A DNA stretch of 64,000 nucleotides, from positions 1,184,001-1,248,000 of the forward strand of contig JBJBCN010000002.1 of the NCBI GenBank assembly GCA_047285805.1, read 5' to 3'. This DNA is from Synechococcus sp. (GTDB taxonomy: Bacteria; Cyanobacteriota; Cyanobacteriia; PCC-6307; Cyanobiaceae). This document shows, in pieces, positions 42,016-51,443 of the stretch. Numbering within the stretch: position 1 is the stretch's first letter; the number at the start of each line of letters is the position of its first letter. Below the pieces are notes generated by a model. It searched no databases, was not told where the DNA came from, and worked only from the letters and a program-made list of their open reading frames with translations. A program made the translations under genes and the position numbers.

Positions 42016-42042
42016 AAAAAGGCGGTGAGCCAACACCGCCTC
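42016..42042 (-). terminator. Intrinsic terminator downstream of the Cys-rich gene pair
   Basis: AGGCGGTG-agccaa-CACCGCCT with A-run on + (U-tract on -). Confidence 0.7.
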
Positions 42043-42127
42043 TCCTCCCCTAGACGCAACTCAACAAGTGGCATCTGACCCTGTTGTAGTTCCTCGGGAT
42101 ACAGAAGGCATCAGTACAAGCACCCGT

Positions 42128-42307
42128 TCAGGAGGGACTGGATCCCTGTTCCCAGTTCCAGCACTTCACCGAAGAGATGCGCTGCTTGGGGATAGAACCC
42201 TCATGAAGGTTGCAGTAGGCGCTGTCGTAGTGACGGCAGTACAGGCAGCAGTTGAGACCTGCTCCTGCCGTTCGCAGCAGCCCATAGGGGAGAACGTCAT
42301 TGGTCAT
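42128..42307 (-). CDS. Small Cys-rich protein (59 aa)
   Basis: CCLYCRHY..YCNLH..KCWNW; ATG overlaps the upstream TGA. Confidence 0.6.
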   Translation of the reverse strand: MTNDVLPYGLLRTAGAGLNCCLYCRHYDSAYCNLHEGSIPKQRISSVKCWNWEQGSSPS

Positions 42308-42537
42308 CAGGCGACCTCTGGGCACCACCCAACCTGCTTTTCCCGTCTGGTCATCCAGTGACTGCACCTCTTGGTCAGGTGCTCTCCCTGTTGCAACTGC
42401 CGTGACTGAAGGCGGCACCCCAGCAGCGTTCGGCAGTGGGCATCAGTGCCATAGGTGAAGTGCTGACAGGTAATGCAGACCCTGCCTGACCTGGAGGCAC
42501 GTAATGCTCTCGATTCCATGAACTCCCAGCCCTCCAT
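42307..42537 (-). CDS. Small Cys-rich (CxxC) picocyanobacterial protein
   Basis: VCITCQHF..HCRTLLGC..QGEHLTKRCSHW..GWCPEVA. Confidence 0.75.
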   Translation of the reverse strand: MEGWEFMESRALRASRSGRVCITCQHFTYGTDAHCRTLLGCRLQSRQLQQGEHLTKRCSHWMTRREKQVGWCPEVA

Positions 42538-42552
42538 TGGCGCTCTGCCCTA

Positions 42553-42566
42553 AGTACACCCGTACT
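42553..42566. promoter_or_regulatory. LexA (SOS) box
   Basis: AGTAC-ACCC-GTACT, matching cyanobacterial AGTAC-N4-GTACT, ~15 bp upstream of the 42537 start. Confidence 0.75.
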
Positions 42567-42657
42567 ACTCGGGGCGGCGCTCGTTCCGCAATGCTTTTCA
42601 GGAAGGTTTCAGGTCTCAGTGGAATCCGGCAGAAACTTCTGAAGCCGGATTACGTAG

Positions 42658-42954
42658 GTGCATGGACGCAGCTACCCCCCTAGGGGGCGCCTTTGTCTGG
42701 ACGACGCAGGTTTGATGGTCAACGTGTCCTCAGACTCCTTGCAGGCGCTCCTGGTGGCAGCTCAGCATTGGTTCCTGGCTCTCGCCGGCATAGGCCTTGT
42801 GGCGCTGGTTGCTCTGATGGCCAGGCTTCTTCCTGCGGTGAATCAAACCCAACGCCTGCTCGACTGCGTTGAGGGAGAAAGGCGGGGTTACGTCGGGAGT
42901 GCGATCCCGGAGATCGCTGAGATCGATGCGTATGACCACTGCAAGGGGTTGTAG
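42658..42954 (+). CDS. Hypothetical membrane protein
   Basis: One hydrophobic segment; start uncertain. Confidence 0.4.
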   Translation: MHGRSYPPRGRLCLDDAGLMVNVSSDSLQALLVAAQHWFLALAGIGLVALVALMARLLPAVNQTQRLLDCVEGERRGYVGSAIPEIAEIDAYDHCKGL

Positions 42955-43213
42955 GCAGGCCTGATACCAGGCACGCTCTGACCATTCAAGTCACATCAAC
43001 CAACAGGAATTCGGTTAACTGGCCAACAAGAGACCAACCCAAACCAATCGGCGACAATCACTCGAACTATCAGTCAAACCGATTGCTATTACTGGAGTTG
43101 GAGAACTACGCTGAATAGTCTCCCCGTTCAAACTGATCCAAGATTCTTTGCTCTATTCCGGAGAGCACCGTGGTGACTTCAGGAACAAAGCCTTGGGAAC
43201 TGATGGACCACTA

Positions 43214-43414
43214 TCAGTTCCCTGAGCGAATCCAATCTTTTAAGAGCTGCGGGACATTGACTTGTTTCAATTCCTCATCAGCGATCACGGCAACTCTCTG
43301 AACGCCTGAATGAGTCGTCAGCACCTTTGCAATGGCGTGTTCTTCATCCATCGCCCGAACCGGATGGATGCTGCAGCGGTTCGAGTCGCAATAGAACACT
43401 GAATACGCCGTCAT
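43214..43414 (-). CDS. Small hypothetical protein
   Basis: MTAYSVFYCDSNRCSIHPVRAMDEEHAIAKV... Confidence 0.55.
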   Translation of the reverse strand: MTAYSVFYCDSNRCSIHPVRAMDEEHAIAKVLTTHSGVQRVAVIADEELKQVNVPQLLKDWIRSGN

Positions 43415-43731
43415 ACCAATCAAAAGAAATGGTGTGGGCCGCGATGTGAGGAGTGCGACCCTGCGCTGCCGATAGGACCACGGGGAGGTAAGGACCTCGT
43501 CCGTTTGGTTAGGTCAGCACCGTTAGGTCATGGCCCAGGTGGGTCAAACCTGGCAAGCCTCTTCTTATCTCTCGCGATCTGTTCTTATTTCGAACCAGGC
43601 ATCCGCCTCGAACGACCCTTAACTCAAACTTTACTCAAACCTCTGAAAGTGGCTAAAAAAGTTCTCTAGCACTGAAGCTTGGTACTACTCCCGCAAGGTC
43701 TGATTCCGATCAGATACCCCTCTGTTCACCG

Positions 43732-43759
43732 AGCCCCCGCCAACGCGGGGGCTTTTTTT
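43732..43759 (+). terminator. Intrinsic terminator, probably the original rpsD terminator
   Basis: AGCCCCCGC-caac-GCGGGGGCT + T-run just after attR. Confidence 0.85.
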
Positions 43760-43780
43760 GTGCGTTGTGATGGCTAGGCC

Positions 43781-44665
43781 TCAGCCGACGATCAACGTTT
43801 CCAACGCGTGGGTGACATCGTCCTGGCGCATCAGCGATTCACCCACCAACACCGCATCGGCACCGGCGCTCTGGACCCGGTCGAGATCATCGCGACTGAA
43901 GAGCCCCGACTCACTCACGAGCAAACAGCCCTTGGCGCGCAGCTGGTCGCCGTAGCGCTCCATCAAATGCTCCGTGGTGGCCAGATCAGTGTGGAAAGTG
44001 GCAAGGTCGCGGTTATTGATCCCAATCAGCTGAACGCCATCGAGAGCCAGAACCCGCTCCAGTTCGGCAGCATCGTGCACCTCAACCAGTACCGTCAGTC
44101 CCAGACTCCTGGCCACCTTGAGCAGATAGGTCATGTCCTGATCGCTCAGGATCGCCGCAATCAAGAGGGCCGCATCGGCACCGGCCGCCCGCGCCTGGTA
44201 GAGCTGATAGGGGGTGAGGATGAAGTCCTTGCAGAGCAGCGGCAGGTCCACCACCTGACGCACCTGCACCAGCACCTCAAAGCCCCCCTGGAAGAACGGC
44301 TTGTCGGTCAACACCGACAAGCAGCTGGCACCCCCAGTGGCATACCCCTGGGCAATCGCCTCAGGATCGAAGTCCTCGCGAATAACTCCCTTGCTCGGGC
44401 TGGCTTTCTTGAGCTCAGCGATCACTGCCGGCTTGCGACAAGCCGATTTCAGCGCGGCGAGGAAGTCACGGGGGGCGGGCAGGGCCGCCACCTGCCCTTT
44501 TAGTTTTTCCAGTGGCACCCTATCGCGGGCCGCCTCTACTTCGCGGTCCTTCTTCCAGACGATCTTCTCAAGGATGTTGCGGGGCTCGCCCTCCTCATGG
44601 GGACAGGCGTACTCAAGGTGAGCAACCTTCACCTTGGGGTTTGGGGGCCTACGGCGGATCTCCAT
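43781..44665 (-). CDS. trpC: Indole-3-glycerol phosphate synthase
   Basis: [35 protein letters not shown]. Confidence 0.97.
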   Translation of the reverse strand: MEIRRRPPNPKVKVAHLEYACPHEEGEPRNILEKIVWKKDREVEAARDRVPLEKLKGQVAALPAPRDFLAALKSACRKPAVIAELKKASPSKGVIREDFDPEAIAQGYATGGASCLSVLTDKPFFQGGFEVLVQVRQVVDLPLLCKDFILTPYQLYQARAAGADAALLIAAILSDQDMTYLLKVARSLGLTVLVEVHDAAELERVLALDGVQLIGINNRDLATFHTDLATTEHLMERYGDQLRAKGCLLVSESGLFSRDDLDRVQSAGADAVLVGESLMRQDDVTHALETLIVG

Positions 44666-44689
44666 GGTCGTCTCGGTAGGTGATTGAAC

Positions 44690-46132
44690 TCAGGCGGCGA
44701 CCGACATGGCGGCTTGCTTGTAAGCCACTTCGACCACCTCGCTCAAGGTGGGGTGGGTATGCACCTCATTGGCCAATTGCTTCACGCTCTGGCGGCGGGC
44801 CACGGCGTTGGCGATCTCTTGGATCAGGTCAGCGGCGTGGAGTCCATAGATGTGGGCACCAAGGACTTCACCGGTGGCCTTGTTGAAGAGCAGCTTCATC
44901 AAGCCATCGCTCTCCAGCTCCGCCAGGGCCTTGGAGTTGGCCTTGAAATAGCTGCGCACCGAACCCAGCTCAAAGCCCTCCTTGGCCGCCAACTCCTTGG
45001 CGTCGGCTTCGCTGAAGCCCACCGAGCTGATTTCAGGATGGGTGAAGGTGGCCGCCGGAATCGAGCGGTAATCGATCGTGCGGGGGTGCCCCAGGATGTT
45101 GTCCACCGCGACCGTGCCCTGGGCCGCTGCGGTGTGGGCCAGCATCATCTTTCCGGTCACATCACCGACCGCCCAGAGGTGGGGGACCGGCGCGCCGTTG
45201 ACCAGCACACGCAGCTGATCGTCCACGGGGATGAAACCGCGGTTGGTCTCGATCCCGCAGGCCCCCAGGTTCAGCTCGTTGCTGGTGGGGACCCGGCCAG
45301 TGGCCACCAGGACTGCGTCCACCTCCAGGGTCTCCACGGGCTCGCGGGTCTGCATATTTACCAGTTCGATCTGAACCGGAGCACCGGGCTTGATCGACTT
45401 GGCCAAGACCCCGGAGCGGGCATCGATATCGCGCCCGTCGATCAGGTTGCGAGCAGCGATCTTGGCGATGTCGGGATCGAAGGTGGGCATCACCCGATCC
45501 AGGGCCTCGATCATCGTCACTTCACAGCCCAAAGCCGTGTAGACGTCAGCGAACTCCAGGCCGATATAGCCACTACCAACGATCGCCAGCCAGCGGGGCA
45601 GCCACTCGAGGTTGACCGCCTCATCGCTGGTGAAGACTGTACGGCCGTCGGTTTCGATGCCGGGGGGCACAAACGGATCTGAGCCGGTGGCGATGATCAC
45701 GTCGCGGCCGGTCAGAACCCGATCAACACCGTTGATCTCCCGCACGCCCACCTTCTGGGAGCCCTCCAGACGTCCGGTGCCGCGGATGATCGTGACCCCA
45801 GCGCGCTCCAGGGTCTTCGTCAGATTGGTACGGATCGTCGCCACCAGCTGGTTGGCGTGATCGGCGATTTTCTGGCGTTCAAAGCGCACGGGAGCGGCAT
45901 GGATGCCGAACCCCTTCAGGTGCTCCGCGTCGGCCAGCTCGCGCACGCGGCCGCTGGCGGCCAACAGGGCCTTGGAGGGAACGCAACCGCGATTGACGCA
46001 GGTGCCGCCCATGTCGCGGCTTTCGATGATCACGGTGCGCAGCCCGTGTTCAGCGGCGTGCTTCGCAGCGTCAAAGCCGCCGTAGCCCGCGCCAATCACG
46101 ATGACGTCAAAGTCGAAACTGCCGTCGCTCAC
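44690..46132 (-). CDS. lpdA: Dihydrolipoyl dehydrogenase
   Basis: GAGYGG, GGTCVNRGCVPSK, GSGYIGLE, HPTLSE. Confidence 0.97.
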   Translation of the reverse strand: MSDGSFDFDVIVIGAGYGGFDAAKHAAEHGLRTVIIESRDMGGTCVNRGCVPSKALLAASGRVRELADAEHLKGFGIHAAPVRFERQKIADHANQLVATIRTNLTKTLERAGVTIIRGTGRLEGSQKVGVREINGVDRVLTGRDVIIATGSDPFVPPGIETDGRTVFTSDEAVNLEWLPRWLAIVGSGYIGLEFADVYTALGCEVTMIEALDRVMPTFDPDIAKIAARNLIDGRDIDARSGVLAKSIKPGAPVQIELVNMQTREPVETLEVDAVLVATGRVPTSNELNLGACGIETNRGFIPVDDQLRVLVNGAPVPHLWAVGDVTGKMMLAHTAAAQGTVAVDNILGHPRTIDYRSIPAATFTHPEISSVGFSEADAKELAAKEGFELGSVRSYFKANSKALAELESDGLMKLLFNKATGEVLGAHIYGLHAADLIQEIANAVARRQSVKQLANEVHTHPTLSEVVEVAYKQAAMSVAA

Positions 46133-46167
46133 CTGAGGCCTGCCCAATTGGGGGGCATTCTCCCCTG

Positions 46168-46974
46168 TCAGCCCCCCAAACCCAAGTTGTGTTGCTGTCG
46201 CCACCGCTCCAGCAGCAGTGGAGCGGCCGCCACGCCGACGTTTAAGGACTCCACAGCTGTGCTGTGGGGAATGGTCACCCGATGACTGGCCAGGGCCGCC
46301 AACTCCGGATGGAGCCCGGCCCCTTCGTTGCCCAGCAACAGCACCGTTGGCCGTGTCCAATCCAGCTCCCAATAGGGAACCGTCCCGGCCTGATCCACCA
46401 GGGTGGCGACCAGTTGATGGCCTGCGGCCCGCGCCTGCCCGAGTTGTTCTGCTAAGCCGCTTCGGTCGGGATCACGGCGGTGGGGCAAGGCCAGGGCCAC
46501 CCCCGCCGAAGCCCTCAGCACCTTGGGCTGACAGGGATCAGCCCCGCCCCCCAGCCAAAGGTCATCCACCCCCGCCGCCAGGGCCGTCCGCATCAAGGTG
46601 CCGAGATTGCCGGGATCCTGCAGTTGATCCAAGGCCAACACAAAGGAGCCCAGGCCCTTGGTCTTGGGCAGGGCCTCCTGGGGGAGCGTGGCCACCACTC
46701 CGTCCGGGGTCTCCGTGGTGGCCACGGCCGCCAGCACGGCCTCACCCGCAGGTTGCAGAAGCTCCTCGGCCAGGCCGTCCAAGAGAGATCCGTGGCGTTC
46801 CAGCCAGTCCGGGGTCGCCAGAACCTGCTCCGGCAACAGGCCCAGGCGAAGGAGTTCTTGGAGCTGATGGGTTCCCTCCACAAGCAACAGGCCCTGCTCC
46901 CGGCGACCTTTCGGCTGATGCAGGGCGCGCATGCGACCCACCAGGGGATTGCGACGGCTTGTGATCAGCTCCAT
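46168..46974 (-). CDS. TrmH/SpoU RNA methyltransferase
   Basis: QDPGNLGTLMR, GNEGAGL, ESLNV. Confidence 0.93.
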   Translation of the reverse strand: MELITSRRNPLVGRMRALHQPKGRREQGLLLVEGTHQLQELLRLGLLPEQVLATPDWLERHGSLLDGLAEELLQPAGEAVLAAVATTETPDGVVATLPQEALPKTKGLGSFVLALDQLQDPGNLGTLMRTALAAGVDDLWLGGGADPCQPKVLRASAGVALALPHRRDPDRSGLAEQLGQARAAGHQLVATLVDQAGTVPYWELDWTRPTVLLLGNEGAGLHPELAALASHRVTIPHSTAVESLNVGVAAAPLLLERWRQQHNLGLGG

Positions 46975-47222
46975 CAGAAGCTTTCGTGTCTCCTCACGTG
47001 CAGGCCATCGCCCACAACGATGCTCTGGTCATCGAGATCCAAGCCCCGGACCGCGGCGACCTCGCCCTTCAGGCCTTCGGCCTGGAGATTTTTGATGAGC
47101 TCCTTGATCAGGACGTCTTCAATCGTTTTCTGATCAAAGGCATCAGGAGTCAGGGCCTCCAGAAAGCGCCCCATCTTGGAAGCCACCACTTCCGGGGCGT
47201 TGGTGATCTTCAGAACGAGCAT
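46974..47222 (-). CDS. Conserved hypothetical protein
   Basis: MLVLKITNAPEVVASKMGRFLE...EGLKGEV. Confidence 0.75.
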   Translation of the reverse strand: MLVLKITNAPEVVASKMGRFLEALTPDAFDQKTIEDVLIKELIKNLQAEGLKGEVAAVRGLDLDDQSIVVGDGLHVRRHESF

Positions 47223-47296
47223 CGACTCAAAAACAGAAGGAAGCGCTGGGTTGAGCACCGACCCCAAAGCTGGCAAGAGCAGCGGGGTTCAGCAAT

Positions 47297-47324
47297 AAAA
47301 AAGCTCCTCCCCGAGGGGAGGAGC
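47297..47324 (-). terminator. Terminator after tRNA-Leu(CAG)
   Basis: GCTCCTCCCC-ga-GGGGAGGAGC with A-run. Confidence 0.8.
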
Positions 47325-47330
47325 CTTCAG

Positions 47331-47414
47331 TGCGGATGGGGAGACTTGAACTCCCACGACATTGCTGCCACTAGTACCTGAAACTAGCGCGTCTACCAAT
47401 TCCGCCACATCCGC
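47331..47414 (-). tRNA. tRNA-Leu(CAG)
   Basis: GCGGATGTGGCGGAATTGGTAGACGC..CTAGT-TTCAGGT-ACTAG..GTTCAAGTC..CATCCGCA, long variable arm. Confidence 0.97.
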
Positions 47415-47600
47415 AGGGGGGGCGATGTCGCTCGCGGCAACCAGCGAAATTTACCCCATCAGGGTCCGGCTTCAGGAGAGGGGCGCAATCGGCGACAAAC
47501 CAGGCCAGCAACGGCTTCGAGCCAGTTCGAATGCCGGCCGTCTTGCCGGTCTCATTCGTTGTTGTCAGGATAGGACCCCTCAGGCGGGACACCTTTAGCC

Positions 47601-48896
47601 ATGACCGCGACGCTGGTCCCGTCTCAACAGATTCTCATCCCGCAACTGGAAATCGCCGGCGGTCGGCGCCTCTCCGGAGAGCTCCGCACCAGTGGGGCTA
47701 AGAACTCTGCCCTGGTTTTGATGGCAGCTAGCCTCCTCACAAGAGAGCAGCTGCGGCTACGCAACGTGCCGCCCCTCACCGACATCGGCGGCATGGCCGA
47801 TATCTTGACCTCCCTCGGCGTAACCACCAGCCATAACGGCGACACCCTGGAGATGGACGGCTCTGGCCTGAGCCAGTCCGCCCCGCCCTACGAGCTGGTC
47901 AACAGCCTGCGGGCCAGCTTCTTCTGCATTGGCCCGCTTCTTGCTCGCCTGGGCATCGCTCGGGTCCCCCTTCCCGGGGGCTGCCAGATCGGCACCCGCC
48001 CGGTGGTGGAACACGTCAAAGGCCTCAAAGCCCTCGGCGCCCAAGTGACGATTGAGCACGGCGTCGTCTCCGCCGTGGTCCCCGGCCGCAGCCATCGCCT
48101 GACCGGCGGACGCATCCATCTGGACTGCCCCAGCGTGGGCGCCACCGAGACCTTGATGATGGCGGCCGCCCTCGCCGAGGGGGAGACCGTCATTGAAAAC
48201 GCAGCCCTTGAACCTGAGGTCGTGGACCTCGCCGGGCTACTGCTCGCCATGGGAGCCAAGGTGCGGGGCGCGGGTACCCCCACCATCACTATTGTTGGCG
48301 TTGAACGGTTGCACGGCGCGGACTATTCCGTCATTCCCGACCGCATCGAAGCCGGCACCTTCCTGCTGGCTGCCGCCATCACCCGCTCCTGCCTCACCGT
48401 TACCCCAGTAGTGACCGATCACCTCGGCGCCGTGCTGACCAAGCTCAAAGAGGTGGGCTGCAAGTTGGAGATTGATGGCACCAACGTGACCATCAGCGCC
48501 GACGCGATTCAAGCGGTCGATCTGCGCACCCAGCCCTTCCCTGGATTCCCCACGGACCTCCAAGCTCCCTTCATGAGCCTGTTGGGGACGGCGAACGGCA
48601 ACAGCGTGGTAACCGAGAACATTTTTGAGAACCGGCTCCAACACGTCGCCGAACTCCAACGCATGGGGGCAGCCATCCGCACCCAGGGCAACACCGCCTT
48701 CATCGAGGGGGTTCCGCGCCTGAGCGGCGCACCGGTGCAGGGCTCTGACCTGCGAGCCTCAGCCGCCATGGTGCTCGCCGGCCTTGCCGCCGATGGCATC
48801 ACGACCGTGCAAGGGCTGGAGTACCTCGATCGAGGCTATGCCGATTTCGAGGGCAAGCTGAACGCGGTCGGCGCCTCGATCCGCCGACTCGGCTGA
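47601..48896 (+). CDS. murA: UDP-N-acetylglucosamine 1-carboxyvinyltransferase
   Basis: [37 protein letters not shown]. Confidence 0.98.
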   Translation: MTATLVPSQQILIPQLEIAGGRRLSGELRTSGAKNSALVLMAASLLTREQLRLRNVPPLTDIGGMADILTSLGVTTSHNGDTLEMDGSGLSQSAPPYELVNSLRASFFCIGPLLARLGIARVPLPGGCQIGTRPVVEHVKGLKALGAQVTIEHGVVSAVVPGRSHRLTGGRIHLDCPSVGATETLMMAAALAEGETVIENAALEPEVVDLAGLLLAMGAKVRGAGTPTITIVGVERLHGADYSVIPDRIEAGTFLLAAAITRSCLTVTPVVTDHLGAVLTKLKEVGCKLEIDGTNVTISADAIQAVDLRTQPFPGFPTDLQAPFMSLLGTANGNSVVTENIFENRLQHVAELQRMGAAIRTQGNTAFIEGVPRLSGAPVQGSDLRASAAMVLAGLAADGITTVQGLEYLDRGYADFEGKLNAVGASIRRLG

Positions 48897-48915
48897 CCCC
48901 TAAAGTCATAAACGC

Positions 48916-48997
48916 GGGAGCGTGCCGGAATTGGTAGACGGACTCGACTCAAAATCGAGCGCCTTCGGGCATGTGGGTTCAAGTCCCACCGCTCCTA
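48916..48997 (+). tRNA. tRNA-Leu(CAA)
   Basis: GGGAGCGTGCCGGAATTGGTAGACGG..CTCGA-CTCAAAA-TCGAG..GGTTCAAGTCCC..CGCTCCTA. Confidence 0.97.
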
Positions 48998-49035
48998 TTT
49001 CTCCCCCACCGACCACATCGCCGACTGAGACGGCG

Positions 49036-50253
49036 GTGATGAATACCTACGGCCGGTTCCCCCTGGAATTGGTCCGCGGCCATGGGGTCTGGGTTTGGGA
49101 CCAGCACGGCCGCCGATACCTCGATGCCGTTGCCGGCATTGCGGTCTGCACCCTCGGCCACAGCAACCGCGTCCTGCGCAAGGCGCTCGACCGTCAATTG
49201 CGCAAGCTGCAGCACGTCTCCAACCTGTATCGGATCCCTGAGCAGGAACAATTGGCGGGCTGGATTCGCGACAACAGCTGCGCGGACAGCGTCTTCTTCT
49301 GCAACTCCGGCGCGGAAGCCAACGAAGCCGCCATCAAGCTCGCCCGCAAGCACGGCCATGTGGTGCGGGGCATCGACACCAGCAGCGAGCGGGGCCCGCT
49401 GATCCTCACGGCCCAGGCCAGCTTCCACGGCCGCACCCTGGCCGCCGTCACGGCGACCGGGCAGCCGAAATACCACCAGGGGTTTGAGCCCATGGTGCAC
49501 GGGTTCCGCTACTTCACCTACAACGACACCTCCGCCTTCGAGGCGTTGCTGCACCGCTGCGAGGCCGCCGGTCCGCGGGTTGCCGCCGTCATGCTCGAGC
49601 CGCTGCAGGGCGAAGGAGGTGTCAATCCCGGCAATGTGGCGTTTTTCCAACGAGTACGGGACCTCTGCGATCAGTACAAGATCCTGCTGATCTTCGACGA
49701 GGTCCAGGTCGGCGTCGGCCGCACCGGGCGGCTCTGGGGCTACCAAAAACTGGGGGTTGAACCCGACGCATTCACCCTGGCCAAGGGTCTCGGAGGTGGA
49801 TTCCCCATCGCCGCTCTCTGCGTCAAGGCCCAGGCGGATCACCTCAAGCCCGGAGAACACGCCAGTACCTTTGGCGGCAACCCCATGGCCTGCCGGGCCG
49901 GCCTCACGGTGGCCAGCGAGCTGCAACGCCGCAACCTGCCGGCCCATGCCGAAGCAATGGGTCGGCTGCTGCAGCGGGAGTTACTCGAACTCGCCAAGCG
50001 CCATCCCCAGTTAGTGAAGGGCGTTCGCGGCTGGGGGCTCCTGCAGGGTCTCGTCCTTCAAGCGAACGGCCCCAAGGCCATTGAGGTGGTCAAAGCCGCC
50101 ATGGACCACGGACTGCTGCTGGTGCCCGCCGGCACCGATGTGGTTCGATTTGTCCCTCCCTTGACGATCCAACCGCGGCATCTGCGCCTCGCGGTCAAAC
50201 GACTCGAGAAAGCCCTGCTGGCGTGTCCATCCCCGACCCCTTCAGCGAGCTGA
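49036..50253 (+). CDS. argD: Acetylornithine aminotransferase
   Basis: MNTYGR, NSGAEANE, FHGRT, FDEVQVG.GRTG, LAKGLGGG; ORF-track start lies inside the tRNA. Confidence 0.95.
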   Translation: MMNTYGRFPLELVRGHGVWVWDQHGRRYLDAVAGIAVCTLGHSNRVLRKALDRQLRKLQHVSNLYRIPEQEQLAGWIRDNSCADSVFFCNSGAEANEAAIKLARKHGHVVRGIDTSSERGPLILTAQASFHGRTLAAVTATGQPKYHQGFEPMVHGFRYFTYNDTSAFEALLHRCEAAGPRVAAVMLEPLQGEGGVNPGNVAFFQRVRDLCDQYKILLIFDEVQVGVGRTGRLWGYQKLGVEPDAFTLAKGLGGGFPIAALCVKAQADHLKPGEHASTFGGNPMACRAGLTVASELQRRNLPAHAEAMGRLLQRELLELAKRHPQLVKGVRGWGLLQGLVLQANGPKAIEVVKAAMDHGLLLVPAGTDVVRFVPPLTIQPRHLRLAVKRLEKALLACPSPTPSAS

Positions 50254-51422
50254 TCGCTCCCTTCAGCCGTCGCGGTGTCGACCTGGGGCTGAAGCGAATC
50301 GAAGCGGCCCTCGCGGAACTGGGAAACCCAGAGCGCAGCTTTAGAGCGGTCCAGGTGGCCGGCACCAATGGCAAGGGCTCCATCGCGACCATGGTCGAGC
50401 GCATTGGGACGGCCTCGGGACTGCGCTGCGGGCTCTACACCTCCCCCCATCTCCTGAGCTGGTGCGAGCGGATTCGTCTGCCGGACGGAGCCATTGCCGA
50501 AGACGTGCTCAAAGAACTGCTGCAACGGCTCCAACCGCTGGCCCTACGACACGACCTCACCCCGTTTGAGCTGATCACCGTCTCGGCCTTTGTCGCCTTC
50601 GCGGAAGCTGAGGTGGACCTGGCCGTCCTCGAAGTGGGACTCGGCGGGCGCCTCGATGCCACCACGGTCCACCCAGGCCGCGACGTGCTGGCCTTCGCCA
50701 ACATCGGCCTGGATCACCTGGAACATCTCGGGCCCACCCTGGAGGCGATCGCCCAAGAGAAGGCGGCCGTGATGAATCCCGGGGCCATCGCCGTCAGCGG
50801 CCCCCAGGCCCCGGAGGTGACCGCGGTGCTGCAAACGCAAGCCACGGCAAAAGGGTGCGAGCTGCGTTGGCGAGCCCCCGTGGCCGAGGAAGCGGAAGGG
50901 GGACCGGCCTTGGGGTTGCACGGCGCACTTCAACGCAGCAATGCCGCCGTGGCCATCGCCGCCGCCGAAGCCCTCAAGGAAACCGGCTGGCCCATCACCG
51001 ACGCGGCCATTCGCCGCGGCCTCCAGCAGGCCCGGTGGCCCGGTCGGCTCGAGCTCCGCCAGTTCCGCGGCCAGGCCCTGCTGATCGACGGAGCCCACAA
51101 CCCCCCCGCCGCCATGGCCCTCCGCCAGGAACTCCAGCCCACTCAGCGGCGCTGGCTGATAGGAATGCAGCGCCACAAGGACGCTCCCGATCTGCTGCAC
51201 CACCTGCTGGAGCCCGGGGACCTGGTGCGCGTGGTAGCCCTACCGGAGCACGCCAGTTGGAGTGCTGACGAACTCGCCCGAGTGCTTCCCGGCATCGAAG
51301 CCGGCTCCGGTGATCTGGCCAAGAACCTGGAGTGGCTCGTGCAATCGGAGGGGCTGCCGGTCGCTTGCGGTTCTTTTTATCTGGTGGCAGCCCTCCTACC
51401 GCTGCTCGACCCGACAGACTGA
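50223..51422 (+). CDS. folC: Folylpolyglutamate synthase/dihydrofolate synthase
   Basis: GTNGKGS, YTSPHL, EVGLGGRLDAT, WPGR, DGAHN. Confidence 0.96.
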   Translation: MSIPDPFSELIAPFSRRGVDLGLKRIEAALAELGNPERSFRAVQVAGTNGKGSIATMVERIGTASGLRCGLYTSPHLLSWCERIRLPDGAIAEDVLKELLQRLQPLALRHDLTPFELITVSAFVAFAEAEVDLAVLEVGLGGRLDATTVHPGRDVLAFANIGLDHLEHLGPTLEAIAQEKAAVMNPGAIAVSGPQAPEVTAVLQTQATAKGCELRWRAPVAEEAEGGPALGLHGALQRSNAAVAIAAAEALKETGWPITDAAIRRGLQQARWPGRLELRQFRGQALLIDGAHNPPAAMALRQELQPTQRRWLIGMQRHKDAPDLLHHLLEPGDLVRVVALPEHASWSADELARVLPGIEAGSGDLAKNLEWLVQSEGLPVACGSFYLVAALLPLLDPTD

Positions 51423-51443
51423 ACCCCCGGCCCGATCCGCACG

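Larger units (their letters stand above)
40860..43703. mobile_element. Decayed integrative element 2, inserted at the rpsD 3' end
   Basis: 22-bp direct repeat GTACTACTCCCGCAA(A/G)GTCTGA at 40860-40881 and 43682-43703; integrase-like remnant inside the left end. Confidence 0.9.

Noticed and set aside
48922..49035. N-terminal extension of argD
   Set aside because: It runs through tRNA-Leu(CAA); the real start is near 49036-49039.
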